NCBI GenBank assembly: GCA_963763775.1
Contig: CAVXPZ010000003.1
Coordinates: 64,001-128,000, forward strand
Direction: 5' to 3'
DNA length: 64,000 nt
DNA from: an uncultured Chloroflexia bacterium
Lineage (GTDB): Bacteria; Chloroflexota; Limnocylindria; Limnocylindrales; CSP1-4
Position 1 is the stretch's first letter. Every line of letters begins with the position of its first letter. Of this stretch, positions 10,229 through 21,095 are shown piece by piece. The position numbers and the translations under genes were made by a program. Below the pieces are notes generated by a model. The model had not been told where the DNA came from. It ran no database searches and saw only the letters and a program-made list of their open reading frames with translations.

Positions 10229-11074
10229 GCGCGGCCGAGGTCGTCGAGCCGCCCCCGCTGGCCCAGGGGACGCACCCCTTCGCCATCAGGGCTGAGGGCC
10301 TCGGCGTGAAGTACGACCTGCGCTTCAACAAGAAGACGACGATCAGCCGCTCGCTCGGCGAGATCCTCGGGCCGCGGGTCGACGAAGGACTTCTGGGCGC
10401 TCGAGCAAGTCTCCCTCAAGGTCGTCCACGGCGAGTCGCTCGCGGTCATCGGGCCCAACGGCGCCGGCAAGAGCACGCTGCTGCAGGTCCTCGCCGGGAT
10501 CATCAAGCCGTCCGCCGGCGTCGTCGACGTGCGGGGCCACGTGTCCGGGCTGCTCACGCTGGGCGCCGGGTTCGACGTCGACCTCTCGGGGCGCGACAAC
10601 ATCCTGCTCGGCGGGGCGTTCCTCGGTCTCGACGATCAGGTCACCCGCGACCTGATGCCATCGATCGTGGAGTACGCCGACATCGGCGAGTTCATCGACG
10701 CGCCGCTCAAGACGTACTCCTCCGGCATGCGCGCTCGCCTGGGGTTCGCGATCGCGACGTCGGTGAACCCCGACATCCTGCTGCTCGACGAGGTCCTCGC
10801 GACCGGCGACGCCACGTTCCGCGAGAAGTCGAAGCTGCGGGTGATCGAGATCGTGAAGGCCGCGAAGGCCGTGGTCCTCGTCACGCACGACATGACGTGG
10901 GTGACCGAGTACTGCAATCGGGCGATCCTCATCGAGGGCGGCCACGTGGTCGCCGAGGGCGAGCCGGCGGACGTCGTGGAGCTGCATCGGCAGCACACGG
11001 AGGAGGCCCGGGCCGCCAAGCTCGCGGCCGCCCAGGCAGCGGGGCTGGACTCCGCGGCGATCGCCCCGCGCTGA
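10225..11074 (+). CDS. tagH: ABC exporter ATP-binding protein (TagH/Wzt), frameshift near 10377
   Basis: GTG at 10225; after a frame change in a G run it reads DFWALEQVSL, GPNGAGKST, YSSGMRARLGFA, LLDEVLATGD, VTHD. Confidence 0.85.
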
Positions 11075-11125
11075 CCCCGGCGGCCGGTCGTGCGGGCCGC
11101 GCCGGCCGCGTGGGCCGAGCCGCGA

Positions 11126-11848
11126 CTACCTTCGGCGCAGGATCCCGACGAGCAGGCCGAAGACCGCCCCGAACGCCAGCGCCCCGCGCCAGTCCAGCAG
11201 GGCCTTCACGTTCCCGTCGACGTCCTTGGCGATGAGCAGGAAGACCGCGCTCGTCCGCTCGAACGTGGCCGACCGCGCGATCGCGGTCCCGATCGCGCCC
11301 TGTTCGAACCGCAGGTCGCGCGCGATCGCCGACCGGACGTAGCCCTGGCTGACCCGGACCTCGGACCCGACGGCGAGGCCGAGCGCACCCAGCTCGAGCG
11401 AGACGCGGTCGGCGCGGGCGAACCCGATCGCGCCCTGGCTGACCGCCACATCGGTCGCGTCGGCCCGGCCGATCGCGCCCTGGCGGACGTCGAGCTGCTC
11501 GACGTTCGCGACGTTCACGCCCCCTTGCGTGATCGAGAGCGTGCGCGCCTCGACGGTGTCCGCTCCGCCGTGGTCGATCGACACGTGGTCGGCGCGGACG
11601 ACGCCGGCATCACCGGGCATCGCCGCAGTGACGGCGGCGAGGACCTCGGGTGGGGCCATCACGGCTTTCGGTGCGCGGGCTGGACGTGCGGCCGGGGCCG
11701 CCGGCGCGGCCGAGCTCGAGGCGGTCGGCGCCGCCTTCGGCGGGCGCGGTTTCGAGGCTGACGTGGCCTTCGCCTCGGTCGCCTTGGCTCGGCGTGCCCT
11801 GGCCTTGGGCGGGACGGGCTCGGTCGGGTCGTCGGATCGGTCGGCCAT
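11126..11848 (-). CDS. Hypothetical protein with disordered N-terminus, about eight 15-aa repeats and a C-terminal membrane anchor
   Basis: GAGGA RBS and ATG at 11848; repeats such as ANVEQLDVRQGAIGR and ADATDVAVSQGAIGF; tail ALAFGAVFGLLVGILRRR. Confidence 0.8.
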   Translation of the reverse strand: MADRSDDPTEPVPPKARARRAKATEAKATSASKPRPPKAAPTASSSAAPAAPAARPARAPKAVMAPPEVLAAVTAAMPGDAGVVRADHVSIDHGGADTVEARTLSITQGGVNVANVEQLDVRQGAIGRADATDVAVSQGAIGFARADRVSLELGALGLAVGSEVRVSQGYVRSAIARDLRFEQGAIGTAIARSATFERTSAVFLLIAKDVDGNVKALLDWRGALAFGAVFGLLVGILRRR

Positions 11849-12049
11849 GGCAGCATCCTCGTTGGGCGGTCGGGTCCCCGACCGGTACGCCCGTCGTGTT
11901 CGGCACAAGCCTACCCCCGACCCGGACCCGATGCGACGCGGCGGCCCCGCCGCACGCCGATCTCGCGAGCGTCCTGTATCCTCCGCCTGCGTTTGGCGCG
12001 AGCTCGCCTCGCTCGGGGATCGGGAGCGACGCGCACGAGGGTGACACGA

Positions 12050-13294
12050 GTGGACCGTAGGATCCTGGCGCGACCCTGGGTGGTCGCCTCCGTGGCCGGC
12101 GTCGCGATCGTCGGGGCACTGGGCATCGGCATGGTCGCCGGCGGGGCCATCGCGGGCGGGACCTCCAGCGCGAGCCCGCCACCGGTCGCCGACGTGTCCC
12201 CGAGCCCGGCCGCGACCGCGACCGCGAACTCGACGCCCGGCGAGCCGGCGTCGCCGACCCCCGAGCCCACGCCGACACCGCTCCCCACGCCGACGCCCAC
12301 GCCGAGCCCGGTGCCGACGCCATCGCCGGTCGCGGCACCGCTCACCGGGGCCCTGGTCCCGCCGGCCGTCGCCAAGCGGCGACCCATCGCGGTGATGATC
12401 GACGACCTGCGTGCGGCGCGACCCCAGTCCGGTCTCGCCTCGGCGGACGTCGTGTGGCAGGCTCCTGCCGAGGGCGGCATCCCGCGCTATATGGCGATCT
12501 TCCAGACGACGGTGCCCAAGGACGTCGGCCCGGTCCGAAGCTCGCGCTACTACTACATCGCCTGGGCCGCGGAGTGGCGGGCCGCCTACGCCCACGCCGG
12601 CGGGTCGCCGCAGGCGCTCGCGACCCTGCGCTCGAAGGGGAACGGCCAGCTCGTCTACAACGTGGACGGCTTCCGGTTCGGCGGGTCGTTCCGGCGCATC
12701 ACGTGGAAGGCGCCGCCCCACAACCTGTACGTCACGGGCAAGAAGCTGCGCAGCCTCAGCAAGCTCGTCGGCGCCAAGGACAAGGCCTTCCAGCCCGCCT
12801 GGCAGTTCGCCCCGGACGCCCCGCTCGACGCCCGCCCGTACGGCGGCACGATCTCCGTGCGCTACCTGGCCAACGCGATCAGCTACAAGTACGACCGAAC
12901 GACCAACACGTACCTGCGATCCGTCACCGGGGAGAGCAAGGAGAAGGACGAGGCCGACAAGCGCCGGATCGCCCCGAAGAACGTCGTGGTCATGCTCATG
13001 CACTTCGGCGCGCTCAACGACGGCTCGCACAAGCACCGCCTCGAGGCCACGGTCGTCGGCAGCGGGCCGGCCTGGATCAGCACGAACGGCAAGACCATCA
13101 AGGGCACCTGGAAGAAGACGGGTCTCACCAAGCCGACCCAGTTCTTCGACAAGGACGGCAACGAGGTCACGCTCACGGTCGGCCAGACGTTCGTCCAGGT
13201 GATGCCATACGGCTCGCCGATCTCGTTCAAGAAGGGCGCCACGACGCCCCCGGCGGGCGCGACGCCCTCAGCGACCCCGACGCCGACCCCCTGA
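12050..13294 (+). CDS. DUF3048 (YerB-like) membrane-anchored extracellular protein
   Basis: RPIAVMID, ARPQSGL..ADVV, EGGIPR, GPVRSSR, HAGGS, PHNLY; N-terminal TM helix and Pro/Thr linker. Confidence 0.85.
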   Translation: MDRRILARPWVVASVAGVAIVGALGIGMVAGGAIAGGTSSASPPPVADVSPSPAATATANSTPGEPASPTPEPTPTPLPTPTPTPSPVPTPSPVAAPLTGALVPPAVAKRRPIAVMIDDLRAARPQSGLASADVVWQAPAEGGIPRYMAIFQTTVPKDVGPVRSSRYYYIAWAAEWRAAYAHAGGSPQALATLRSKGNGQLVYNVDGFRFGGSFRRITWKAPPHNLYVTGKKLRSLSKLVGAKDKAFQPAWQFAPDAPLDARPYGGTISVRYLANAISYKYDRTTNTYLRSVTGESKEKDEADKRRIAPKNVVVMLMHFGALNDGSHKHRLEATVVGSGPAWISTNGKTIKGTWKKTGLTKPTQFFDKDGNEVTLTVGQTFVQVMPYGSPISFKKGATTPPAGATPSATPTPTP

Positions 13295-13308
13295 CCCGGC
13301 GCGGCCCC

Positions 13309-14554
13309 TCAGGCGGTCCGCACGCCCACCGCCGCATAGACCTCGCGCGTGGCGCGGGCCACGTCCGACCACGATCGCCGGCCCATGACGGCGCGTTCGC
13401 GTGCCCCGGCCGCGATCCCGGCGTGGACCCGGTCCTCGGCCCAGACCGCGCGAAGCGCCACCGCCAGCCGGTCCGCATCGCGCGGCTCCACCAGCACGCC
13501 CGCGGACCCGACCAGGTCAGTCAGGGCGCCGACCGATGAGGCGATGACCGGCGTGCCGCAGGCGAACGCGTCGATCGCCGCGAGGCCCGCCGCGTCCGAG
13601 ACCAGCGGCAGGAGGACCGCTCGCGCGTCGCGGACGAGGCCGGCGACCACGGGCGCCGGGAGTCGTCCCGCATAGGTCAGCAGGTCGCCGACGTCGAGTC
13701 GGGCCGCGGCCCGGGCGATCGCGGCCCGGTCGTCGGGGCTCGCGCCCACGACGAGGACCCGCGGCGGCCACGCGACGGACGCCGCGAGCGTGTCGGGCCG
13801 TCCGCCGCGCGCGAGCGCCGCCAGCGCCCCCAGGAGGGTCGCGAGGTCGTGCCTCGCGTCGTACCGGCCGGCGTAGACGAAGTACCGGTCCGGCACGCCG
13901 AGTCGTTCGCGCTCGCGGGCGGCGTCGTCGCGCGCCGCGGCGGTCGTGCCCGGATCCCGGTCGCCCATCGCGGCGAACGCGGCCTGCGGCGCGAGGCCGA
14001 CCACGTGGACCCGGTCGGCCCGCAGGTGGACGAGCCGGCGCGCCGCCGCCGCCACCGATGGCGTGGCGACGATCACCGCTCGCGCCTCGCGCAGCAGCTG
14101 CGACCGGAGCCGCTGCCCGAACCGGCTCGAGGCGGTGCGGCCGAAGGCGTCCGGCAGCTCCCACGGCGCGAGGTCGAGGAGCGTCACGACGACCGGGCAG
14201 GCCCGACGCGATCGGGAGCGGGCCGCTGCCGGCCATGTGATACACGGCTCCGGCCGCCCCGCCGCGCTCGGCTCGCCACGCCGCGCCAAGGGATGCCCCG
14301 CGGAGCAGGAACGGGTCGATGGTCATCGCGCCCGACCGCAGGAGGCGGGTCGGCGGGAGCAGGCGGCGGCCGATGACCTCGAGTCCGCCGAAGCCGGCCG
14401 TCGGGTCGTCGAGGTCGCTCCGGAGCAGGAACGCGAACGACTCCCCCTCGAGGGGATCCGCGTCATAGGCGCCCAGGAGTCCCTCGAGGTAGGCCGAGGT
14501 GAGCGGAGCACGGTCGGGCTCCTGCAGCGGCCTGGCATCGAGGACGACCCGCAT
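13309..14554 (-). CDS. Glycosyltransferase family 4, frameshift near 14196
   Basis: MRVVLDARPLQ start; joined frame gives LPVVVTLLDLAP, YFVYAGR, GLAAIDAFACGTPVIASSVGAL. Alternative start is GTG at 14617. Confidence 0.8.
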
Positions 14555-14613
14555 CCCGGGGATGGCGGCCGGCGAGGGCGCGGCTCCGAGCACCCAGCCG
14601 TCGGACGGCGGGG

Positions 14614-15367
14614 TCACCGGCTCGGGCGCCGCCGGAGCCATCGATCGCGCAACTCCTCGGCCCGCAACTGGACGACCACGACGAGCGCCTCGACGAGGAT
14701 GCGCCGGGACATCTTGCTCTGCCCGGCGCGGCGGTCCTGGAAGGTGATCGGGACCTCCGTGATCCTGGCGCCACGGCGGTCGGCGCGGAACGTCATCTCG
14801 ATCTGGAACACGTAGCCGCCGGCGTGGATGCCGTCGAACGGGACGTCGGCGAGCGTGGACGCACGCCAGGCCTTGAACCCGCCCGTCAGGTCGCGAGGGG
14901 ACAGCCGCAGGACCGTTCGGGCGAATAGGCTCCCGCCGCGCGAGATGAACCGTCGGACGAAGCCCCAGTCGACGACGCCGCCGCCGGGCACGTAGCGCGA
15001 TCCGATGACCAGGTCGTCGCTGGTCCTCGACGATCGGGGCGAGGAGCGCGGGCAGGACCGCCGGGTCGTGGCTGAAGTCGGCGTCCATCTGGACGACGAC
15101 CTCCGCACCGCCGTCGAGCGCGACGCGGAACCCGTCGAGGTAGGCGCGGCCGAGGCCCTGCTTCGCCTTGCGATGTCGGACCCGGATCCGGGCGTCGATG
15201 GCCGCGAGGTCGTCGGCCAGCCGGCCCGTGCCGTCGGGCGACCCGTCGTCGACGACGAGCAGGGTGGCGGCCGGCAACGATTCGAGGATCGCCGTGGAGA
15301 TCGGGCCGATGTTGTCGGCTTCCTGGTAGGTCGGCAACACCACCCAGACGCCCGCGCCGTTCGTCAT
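14614..15367 (-). CDS. Polyprenol monophosphomannose synthase-like GT2 (Ppm1/DPM1), frameshift near 15020
   Basis: VVLPTYQEADNI, VVDDGSPDGTG, GLGRAY, QMDADFSHDP, then DLVIGSRY, DLTGGFK, GYVFQIEM, EVPITFQDRRAGQSKMS. Confidence 0.88.
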
Positions 15368-15396
15368 CGCCGGCAAGTGTAGGGTGCGAGGCGCGG

Positions 15397-17905
15397 TCAG
15401 TGCGCCTTGACGGTCACGTCGCGGGTGAACCGTGTGGTCCCGAACCGGCTCGTGGCGAGCACGATGATCGTGTATCGGCCCGGCTTCGCGTACGACCCGG
15501 TGCTCGTCTTCCCGTCCCAGGTCCAGGTCGAGGCGCCGGTCTTCACGGCGTGATCCGTCCAGATCGGTCGGACCCGCTTCCCATCGCGATAGATCGCCGC
15601 CGTGACCCGAGCGGCCCGTCGGACCGTCACGGTGACTCGGCTCGACTGCCTGGCGCGCGGATCGAACGCGGCGGACGACCAGCGGACGCCGGAGATCGTG
15701 CGGTCGACGAGGATCGGGCGGTCGACCACGGTGCGGTTGCCGCCGCGGTCTCGGGCGTCGACGCGGAATACGTACCGACCGTCGGCCACGGTGCGGCCCG
15801 CGGCGTCCTTGCCGGTCCACGTGGTCGACCACCGGACGCCGGCCGGGAACGACCAGGCCCGCACGGCCTTGCCCGTGCCCGTGCGGATGGAGGCGGATCC
15901 CGTGACCTTCTCGGAGGAGGTCCACGAGAGCACGACGCTGTCGGCGTACCGGTCCCCGTCCGGGGAGAGGAAGGACCGGGCGGCCACGGACGTGACGCCG
16001 GCCCGCTTCGTGTCGAGGACGACGTCGAAGGTGCGCTGCGCACGGTTGTGCGAGATATCCGCGGCCCAGAGCGTGATCCGGTACGTGCCGTCCTTGGCGC
16101 GCGCGCCGGCGGAGGTCGTGCCGTCCCAGGTGACCTTGGGGACCTTGCCGGTCTTCGTTCCCGACCGGATGGGCTTGCCCACCGTCGTCCCGGAGACCCG
16201 GGCGATCCGATAGCCCCAGGTGATGAGGCCGGTGGCCTTCAGGCTGGCGGTCACGGTGTCGAGTCGGGAATCGCCGTTCGGGGAGAGCACCGTTCCCGAG
16301 ACCGTCGCGCTGGTGATGACCGGCGGGACCGTGTCGGTGATGAACTTGTCCTTGATCGCCTGGTACAACTCCGGGCGGGTCCCGTCGTACCCGAGCGCCC
16401 AGATCCCGATGCCGCGCAGGCCGTAGGCGTTGACGAGGTCGTACTTGGCCTTGAGGGCCTTGACGTCGTCGTAGTACAGCTGTCGCCACGCGGTCACGCA
16501 GCCGTAGGTCTTCGTGCACGTCTGGCGCTTGTAGGCGGTCCAGGCGACGCCCTCGGTGGCGTCGTACCGGCGGCCGTAGCCGGACACCAGGTCGCGCGCG
16601 TTGTCGTACACCGCCGTCGCCGACGGTCCGTACTTCGTCCCCGAGACGTTCCTCGCCCCGAGCTTGTCGCTCGAGGTCGACCAGGCGCGTCCGTAGTACG
16701 GCACCCCGAGGATCAGCTTCGAGGCCGGGACGCGATCCAGGTACGACTTGATGGTGTCGCGGACGTCGTACGTCGGGCCGCCGATGGGGGCGACGGAGCC
16801 GACGGTCCTCGAGCTTGGAGGTGCGGTAGTCGTAGCCCATGACGAAGATCGCGTCCGCGCCACCGGCCTTCGTGGCGTCCTCGACCGGGTAGTTGCCGAT
16901 CCAGCCGGTCGTGTCGAACGTCAGCTGGTAGCCACGCGCTGACGCGTTCAGGGCGGCCCGGACCTTGCGGACGAGCGCGGTGAACTCGTCGGCGTAGCCC
17001 GACGCGATCGGCTCGAAGTCGAGGTTGACGCCGTCGGCGCCCCGATCGCGCACGGCGGCCGCGATCTGCCGCGCCAGGTTCGCCCGGGCGGTCGGGCTCG
17101 CCAGCAGGGCCTTCTGTCGCCTGAGCCCGGTCGTGGACCAGGCGAAGCTCTGGACCGTGAGCACGACCCGTGCATGGCTCGCGTGCGCGGCGTTGATGAC
17201 GCTCGTCATCCGCGAGCTCGTCCAGCCGCTCCACCCGACGGTCGTCGCGCCGGAGCCGTTGGTCTTCATGAGGTTGCCGCGCCCGTCGGCCCCGACGCCG
17301 AAATAGGCCACGGTCGAGATCTTGTCCCAGTCGAGCCGCGTGGAGCTGTCGCTCAGCTCCCAGTACGGGAGGAAGCCGAAGACCTCGCGCCGGAGGGCGC
17401 CGGGATCGACGGCCGCGGCGAGCTCGAATGTCGGCGGGTCGTTCGCGTCCCACGCGGTGCGCTTGGCCGCGACGATCGAGCGCGGGTCGAGACTCGGGCG
17501 GTCGTCACCCGCGAGCCGTCCGGCCGAACCCAGCTTCGAGATCCCCGCGATGCGCGGCGGGGTCCGCATCGCCCGACCCGAAGCGCGTCCAGCGGGGAGC
17601 GCACGCGAATGGCGGCCGTCAACGGTCCAGCGGTCGCTCGCCTTCGGCGTGAACGGCACGGTGACGCGGTCGCCGGGCGCGAACGCGATCTGGTCGCCGG
17701 CGTGCTTGAGGGCATCCTCGTAGTGGACGGTCGGCTGCAGCCCGCCGTCGCGCGGCGCCGGTCCGGCGGCGGCCACGGCGGTCGGCGCCATCCCGGCGAG
17801 CACGAGCAGCCCGAGCACGACCGCCGCGCGCCGCTGACCGGCGCGGGGAGCATGACGAGCGTGGGGGCCGGACGGCAGGGAGAGCATCGACACGACGGTC
17901 CTCAT
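15397..17905 (-). CDS. Secreted GH18 glycoside hydrolase with C-terminal FlgD-type Ig domains, frameshift near 16815
   Basis: Signal-like hydrophobic stretch; EVFGFLPYW, DGVNLDFE, VMGYDY, KLILGVPYYG, GIGIWALGYD; SPNGD and WDG...DGTY domains. Start codon uncertain. Confidence 0.85.
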
Positions 17906-18026
17906 GGGTCTGGGGGACGTGGTCGACCGTAGCCCTGGCCCTGGAGGGCGGCAAGGGGACGAAGGTCCGGTTCGGGACCGGTACGGAGTCTTCCGGTGCG
18001 GACCGGGGTAGTCGCGTGAGCACTTC

Positions 18027-18057
18027 GACCGTCGCCGTGCCGGGTGGCGCGACGGTC
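18027..18057 (-). terminator. GC-rich hairpin at the end of the FlgD-Ig/peptidase gene
   Basis: Perfect 9-bp inverted repeat GACCGTCGC (18027-18035) / GCGACGGTC (18049-18057); no U-tract. Confidence 0.35.
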
Positions 18058-20328
18058 AGTGGATCGGGTAGCGCCTCGTCGTGGCCTGCTTCCCGCCGTA
18101 CTTGTCGGTCCCGCTGACCCGCAGGGCGGCGGTGCCGGCGCGGCCGCCGGTCTTGAGATGGATCGAGACGCGGTACTTGTACGTCGAGACCTTGGTCATC
18201 GCGACGCTCCACGTCGTCTTGCCCGGCTGGGAGATGTAGACGCGCGGTGCCTTCGCGAGCGGCTCGGCGGACGTCGCGTAGACCGTGATGGTCTGCCCGC
18301 GCCCCGGCGTGGCGTCCGAGGCGGAGATCGCGAAGGCGTCGATCTGGAAGGCGACCGCCTGGCTCACGGTCGCCGTGCCGTCCGTGGCGGTCACGACCGC
18401 CGAGTACCGGCCCGGCGCCAGCCAGGCGCCCTGTCGTCCTTGCCGTAGAAGTTGCGCGTCGTCGTGCCGGCCGTCGTCGGCGCGCCGGCGAGCAGCGTCG
18501 CGACGGTGTCGCCGGCCGCATCGCGGACCGTCCAGTCGACCGTCGCGTCCCGCGTCAGCTTGAAGCCGAGCGCGGTGGCCTTGGCCAGGGTGTCCGCGTC
18601 GTTCGGATAGAAGATGGTCTTCGAGCTGGTCACGAAGCCGAGCGAGGTGACCACCCGGACCGGCCGCGACACGATCGCCCCCGAGTTGCCGGCGAGGTCA
18701 CGCGGCAGGACGCGGAACGAATAGGTCCCATCGGGGACGACGTGCCCGTCGTGATCGCGACCGTCCCAGCTCACGGTCGTGCCGCCCGGACCGTTCGAGA
18801 CGACACCATCCGCGACACGGATGCCGCCGGCGTCGTAGACGCGCGTGATGAGGGTGCCCGGCTCGCCGGTCGTCGCGGTCCAGGCGACGGTGTCGCGCGA
18901 GCCGTCGCCGTTCGGCGAGAACCACCGGTCCGCGTCCGCGTCCGGGGTCACCGACGACAGCTCGGCCGGGACGGTGTCGATCGTGAGCTTGCCGGTCTTG
19001 GTGGTCGGGCCGTTCCCCCAGGCGTCCTGCGCCTGCACCGAGAACGTGTACGCGCCGTCGGGCAGCGCCGTGCCACCGGCCAGGCCGTCCCACGTCACGG
19101 CGAAGTCGCGGCCGGTGCCGGTCTGTTGCTTGAGCACGGTCTCGCCGTCGAGGATCTGCACCCGCCAGGCGACCGACTCGGAGAACCGGCCCGACAGGCT
19201 GCCGACATCCGAGCGGCCGTCCCCGTTCGGGGAGAAGACGCCACCCGCGGTATCCACGGACCAGATGGCCGGCGCCTTGCTGTCACGGGGGATGAGCGCC
19301 GAGGTGAGCACCCATCCGGTGACCGACGGGTCGTCGAGGCCCTCGACGAGGACGGCCGGGTCCGGCTCGCCGGAGGCGAGGCTGGCGGTCTGCTCGACGA
19401 CGCGGAGGCGGGTCCCGGCCGGGATCGTGCCCGCCGGCTGGCCATCTGCGTCATAGAGCGCGGCGCCGGCGGTGCCGACCTGGGCGTTGCCCGGGACCGT
19501 GAGCGCCGCCGGGTCGATCCCGGAGTCGGCGTAGTCGGCGCCGGTCACCTCGTCGGTCGTGAGGCCCGGCCGCCAGACGAGCGAGCGGTAGTAGCCGGCC
19601 GTCGCCGAGTCGGTGTCGGTGAGGGCGATGGCGCCTGGGGTCCGCGACGAGGCGAACGACGAGACGTGGTCGTGGAAGTCCGGCGCGGCCCGCCAGAGCT
19701 CGTCGATGGAGGCGTGGGTCGTGAACAGCGCCCGGATGTACGACGAGGCGTCGCCGTGCCCGTCGGCGATCACCGCCTGCGCCGCCTTCAGGAACCCGGC
19801 GCCGTAGTTGTCGACCCGCTTGCGGGCGGTCGAGACGCTCGGCGCCGCCCCGCCCGGCTCGGAGTTGCCCGACGCGTAGCAGAGGTGGCTCAGGATGACG
19901 ACCGCGTTCGGCGCGAGCTCCAGCGTCGAGACGTACGGCTCGCCGTAATACTTGTTGTTGTAGTCGCCGGCACCCGCGGTCGCGTTGAGCCCGAACCCGT
20001 CCTTGGTCGTGTACTTGGCGTCGTAGGTGTAGGGGCTCGGCCAGCCGTTCCCGTGCCCCAGGTACACGACGATCGAGGCGCCCTTGGTCGCGGACTTGAC
20101 CTTCGACCACGTCGCGTTGGGGCTGTAGACCTTCACGACGTTCGACGTGTACTTGATGGCCTCCGCATAGACCTCGTCCGCGTCGGCGCGGTAGCCCGCG
20201 GTCGCCCCGTGGGTCGCGCCGACGATGATCACGACCTTGGGTCCGCCGGACGCGGCGCTCGCGGCGGGCACCACGACACCGAGCGCGGCGACGAGGGCAA
20301 CGACCAGGGCGACGACGGACTTGCGCAA
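18056..20328 (-). CDS. Secreted protein with putative clan CD (gingipain/caspase-like) N-terminal domain and FlgD-type Ig repeats, frameshift near 18433
   Basis: Signal peptide MRKSVVALVVALV...ASA; VYLGHG and VILSHLCYASG; FSPNGDG twice, WDG...PDGxY; C-terminal part continues in the 18056..18394 frame. Confidence 0.75.
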
Positions 20329-20498
20329 GGGGCGAGCGACTCCGGGATGCAGGGACCGATCGATCGGTGGCCAGCGTCGGCTGCCGTCGCTCCCCGCTCA
20401 ATCGCAGGAAGGTCCCCCCGGGTCGTAGCCCGTTCGGAGGGCGCCGGTAGGGTTCCGGGTGGAGGGGTGGGGTCCGGGAGAGGCCGAGGCGGGTCCCG

Positions 20499-21095
20499 TC
20501 AGCGACCGGCGTCGCGGAGGCGCACCACCAGCTCGGCGAGCGGCGGGTTCGAGCGGTCGCGGTCGGACAGGACCGGCCGGCCGTCGGGGGTCACGTCGAG
20601 ATGCGGCCATGGCACGGCCGCGAGCGCGTCGTCCCAGGCGAACCCGAGCTCGTCGGCCCCGTCGTACTCGTTGGTGACCAGGTAGATGAGCTCGAGCGGG
20701 TCCAGGGCCAGGAACCCGTGGGCGACGCCGGTCGGGATCGCCACCCAGTCGTCGGCGGCGAGCTCGCGCGTCTCGACGGCCGGCGCCGGGCCACCCGCGA
20801 GCATGGGCCGGATGTCGACGAGCGCGACGAACGCCCGTCCGCTCGCCATGAGCCAGTAGTCGAGCTGCCGACGATGGAGGTGCAGGCCGCGCAGGACGCC
20901 GGCCGCCGAGACCGACAGGTTGGCCTGGACGAAGGTCGGCGGGGATCCGGGCGTGGACCCGGCGTCGGCCGGATCGATCGGGCCGAAGGCGCTCGCGCGC
21001 CACACCTCCCGGAACGAGCCGCGCGCATCGCCGAACCGGTCGACCGCGCCATAGCGGACGCCGGGGAGGGCCGAGGCGGGGCGCGCCGGGCTCAT
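20499..21095 (-). CDS. rfbC: dTDP-4-dehydrorhamnose 3,5-epimerase
   Basis: DARGSFRE, FVQANLSVS, GVLRGLHLH, VDIR, IPTGVAHGF, WDD, LSDRD. Confidence 0.92.
   Translation of the reverse strand: MSPARPASALPGVRYGAVDRFGDARGSFREVWRASAFGPIDPADAGSTPGSPPTFVQANLSVSAAGVLRGLHLHRRQLDYWLMASGRAFVALVDIRPMLAGGPAPAVETRELAADDWVAIPTGVAHGFLALDPLELIYLVTNEYDGADELGFAWDDALAAVPWPHLDVTPDGRPVLSDRDRSNPPLAELVVRLRDAGR

Noticed and set aside
12230-12330. Short CCGACGCC-type nucleotide repeats as CRISPR or VNTR
   Set aside because: They encode Pro-Thr linkers inside a CDS; no repeat-spacer structure and no cas genes.
13517-17905. 1462-aa ORF appearing to fuse GH18, GT2 and GT4
   Set aside because: A chimera of three separate genes joined by frameshifts and Arg/Pro-rich off-frame filler; each gene has its own start.
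17906-18055. c-di-AMP (ydaO) riboswitch upstream of the GH18 or peptidase genes
   Set aside because: Only a short CCCGAACC match; the other conserved ydaO elements are not visible.
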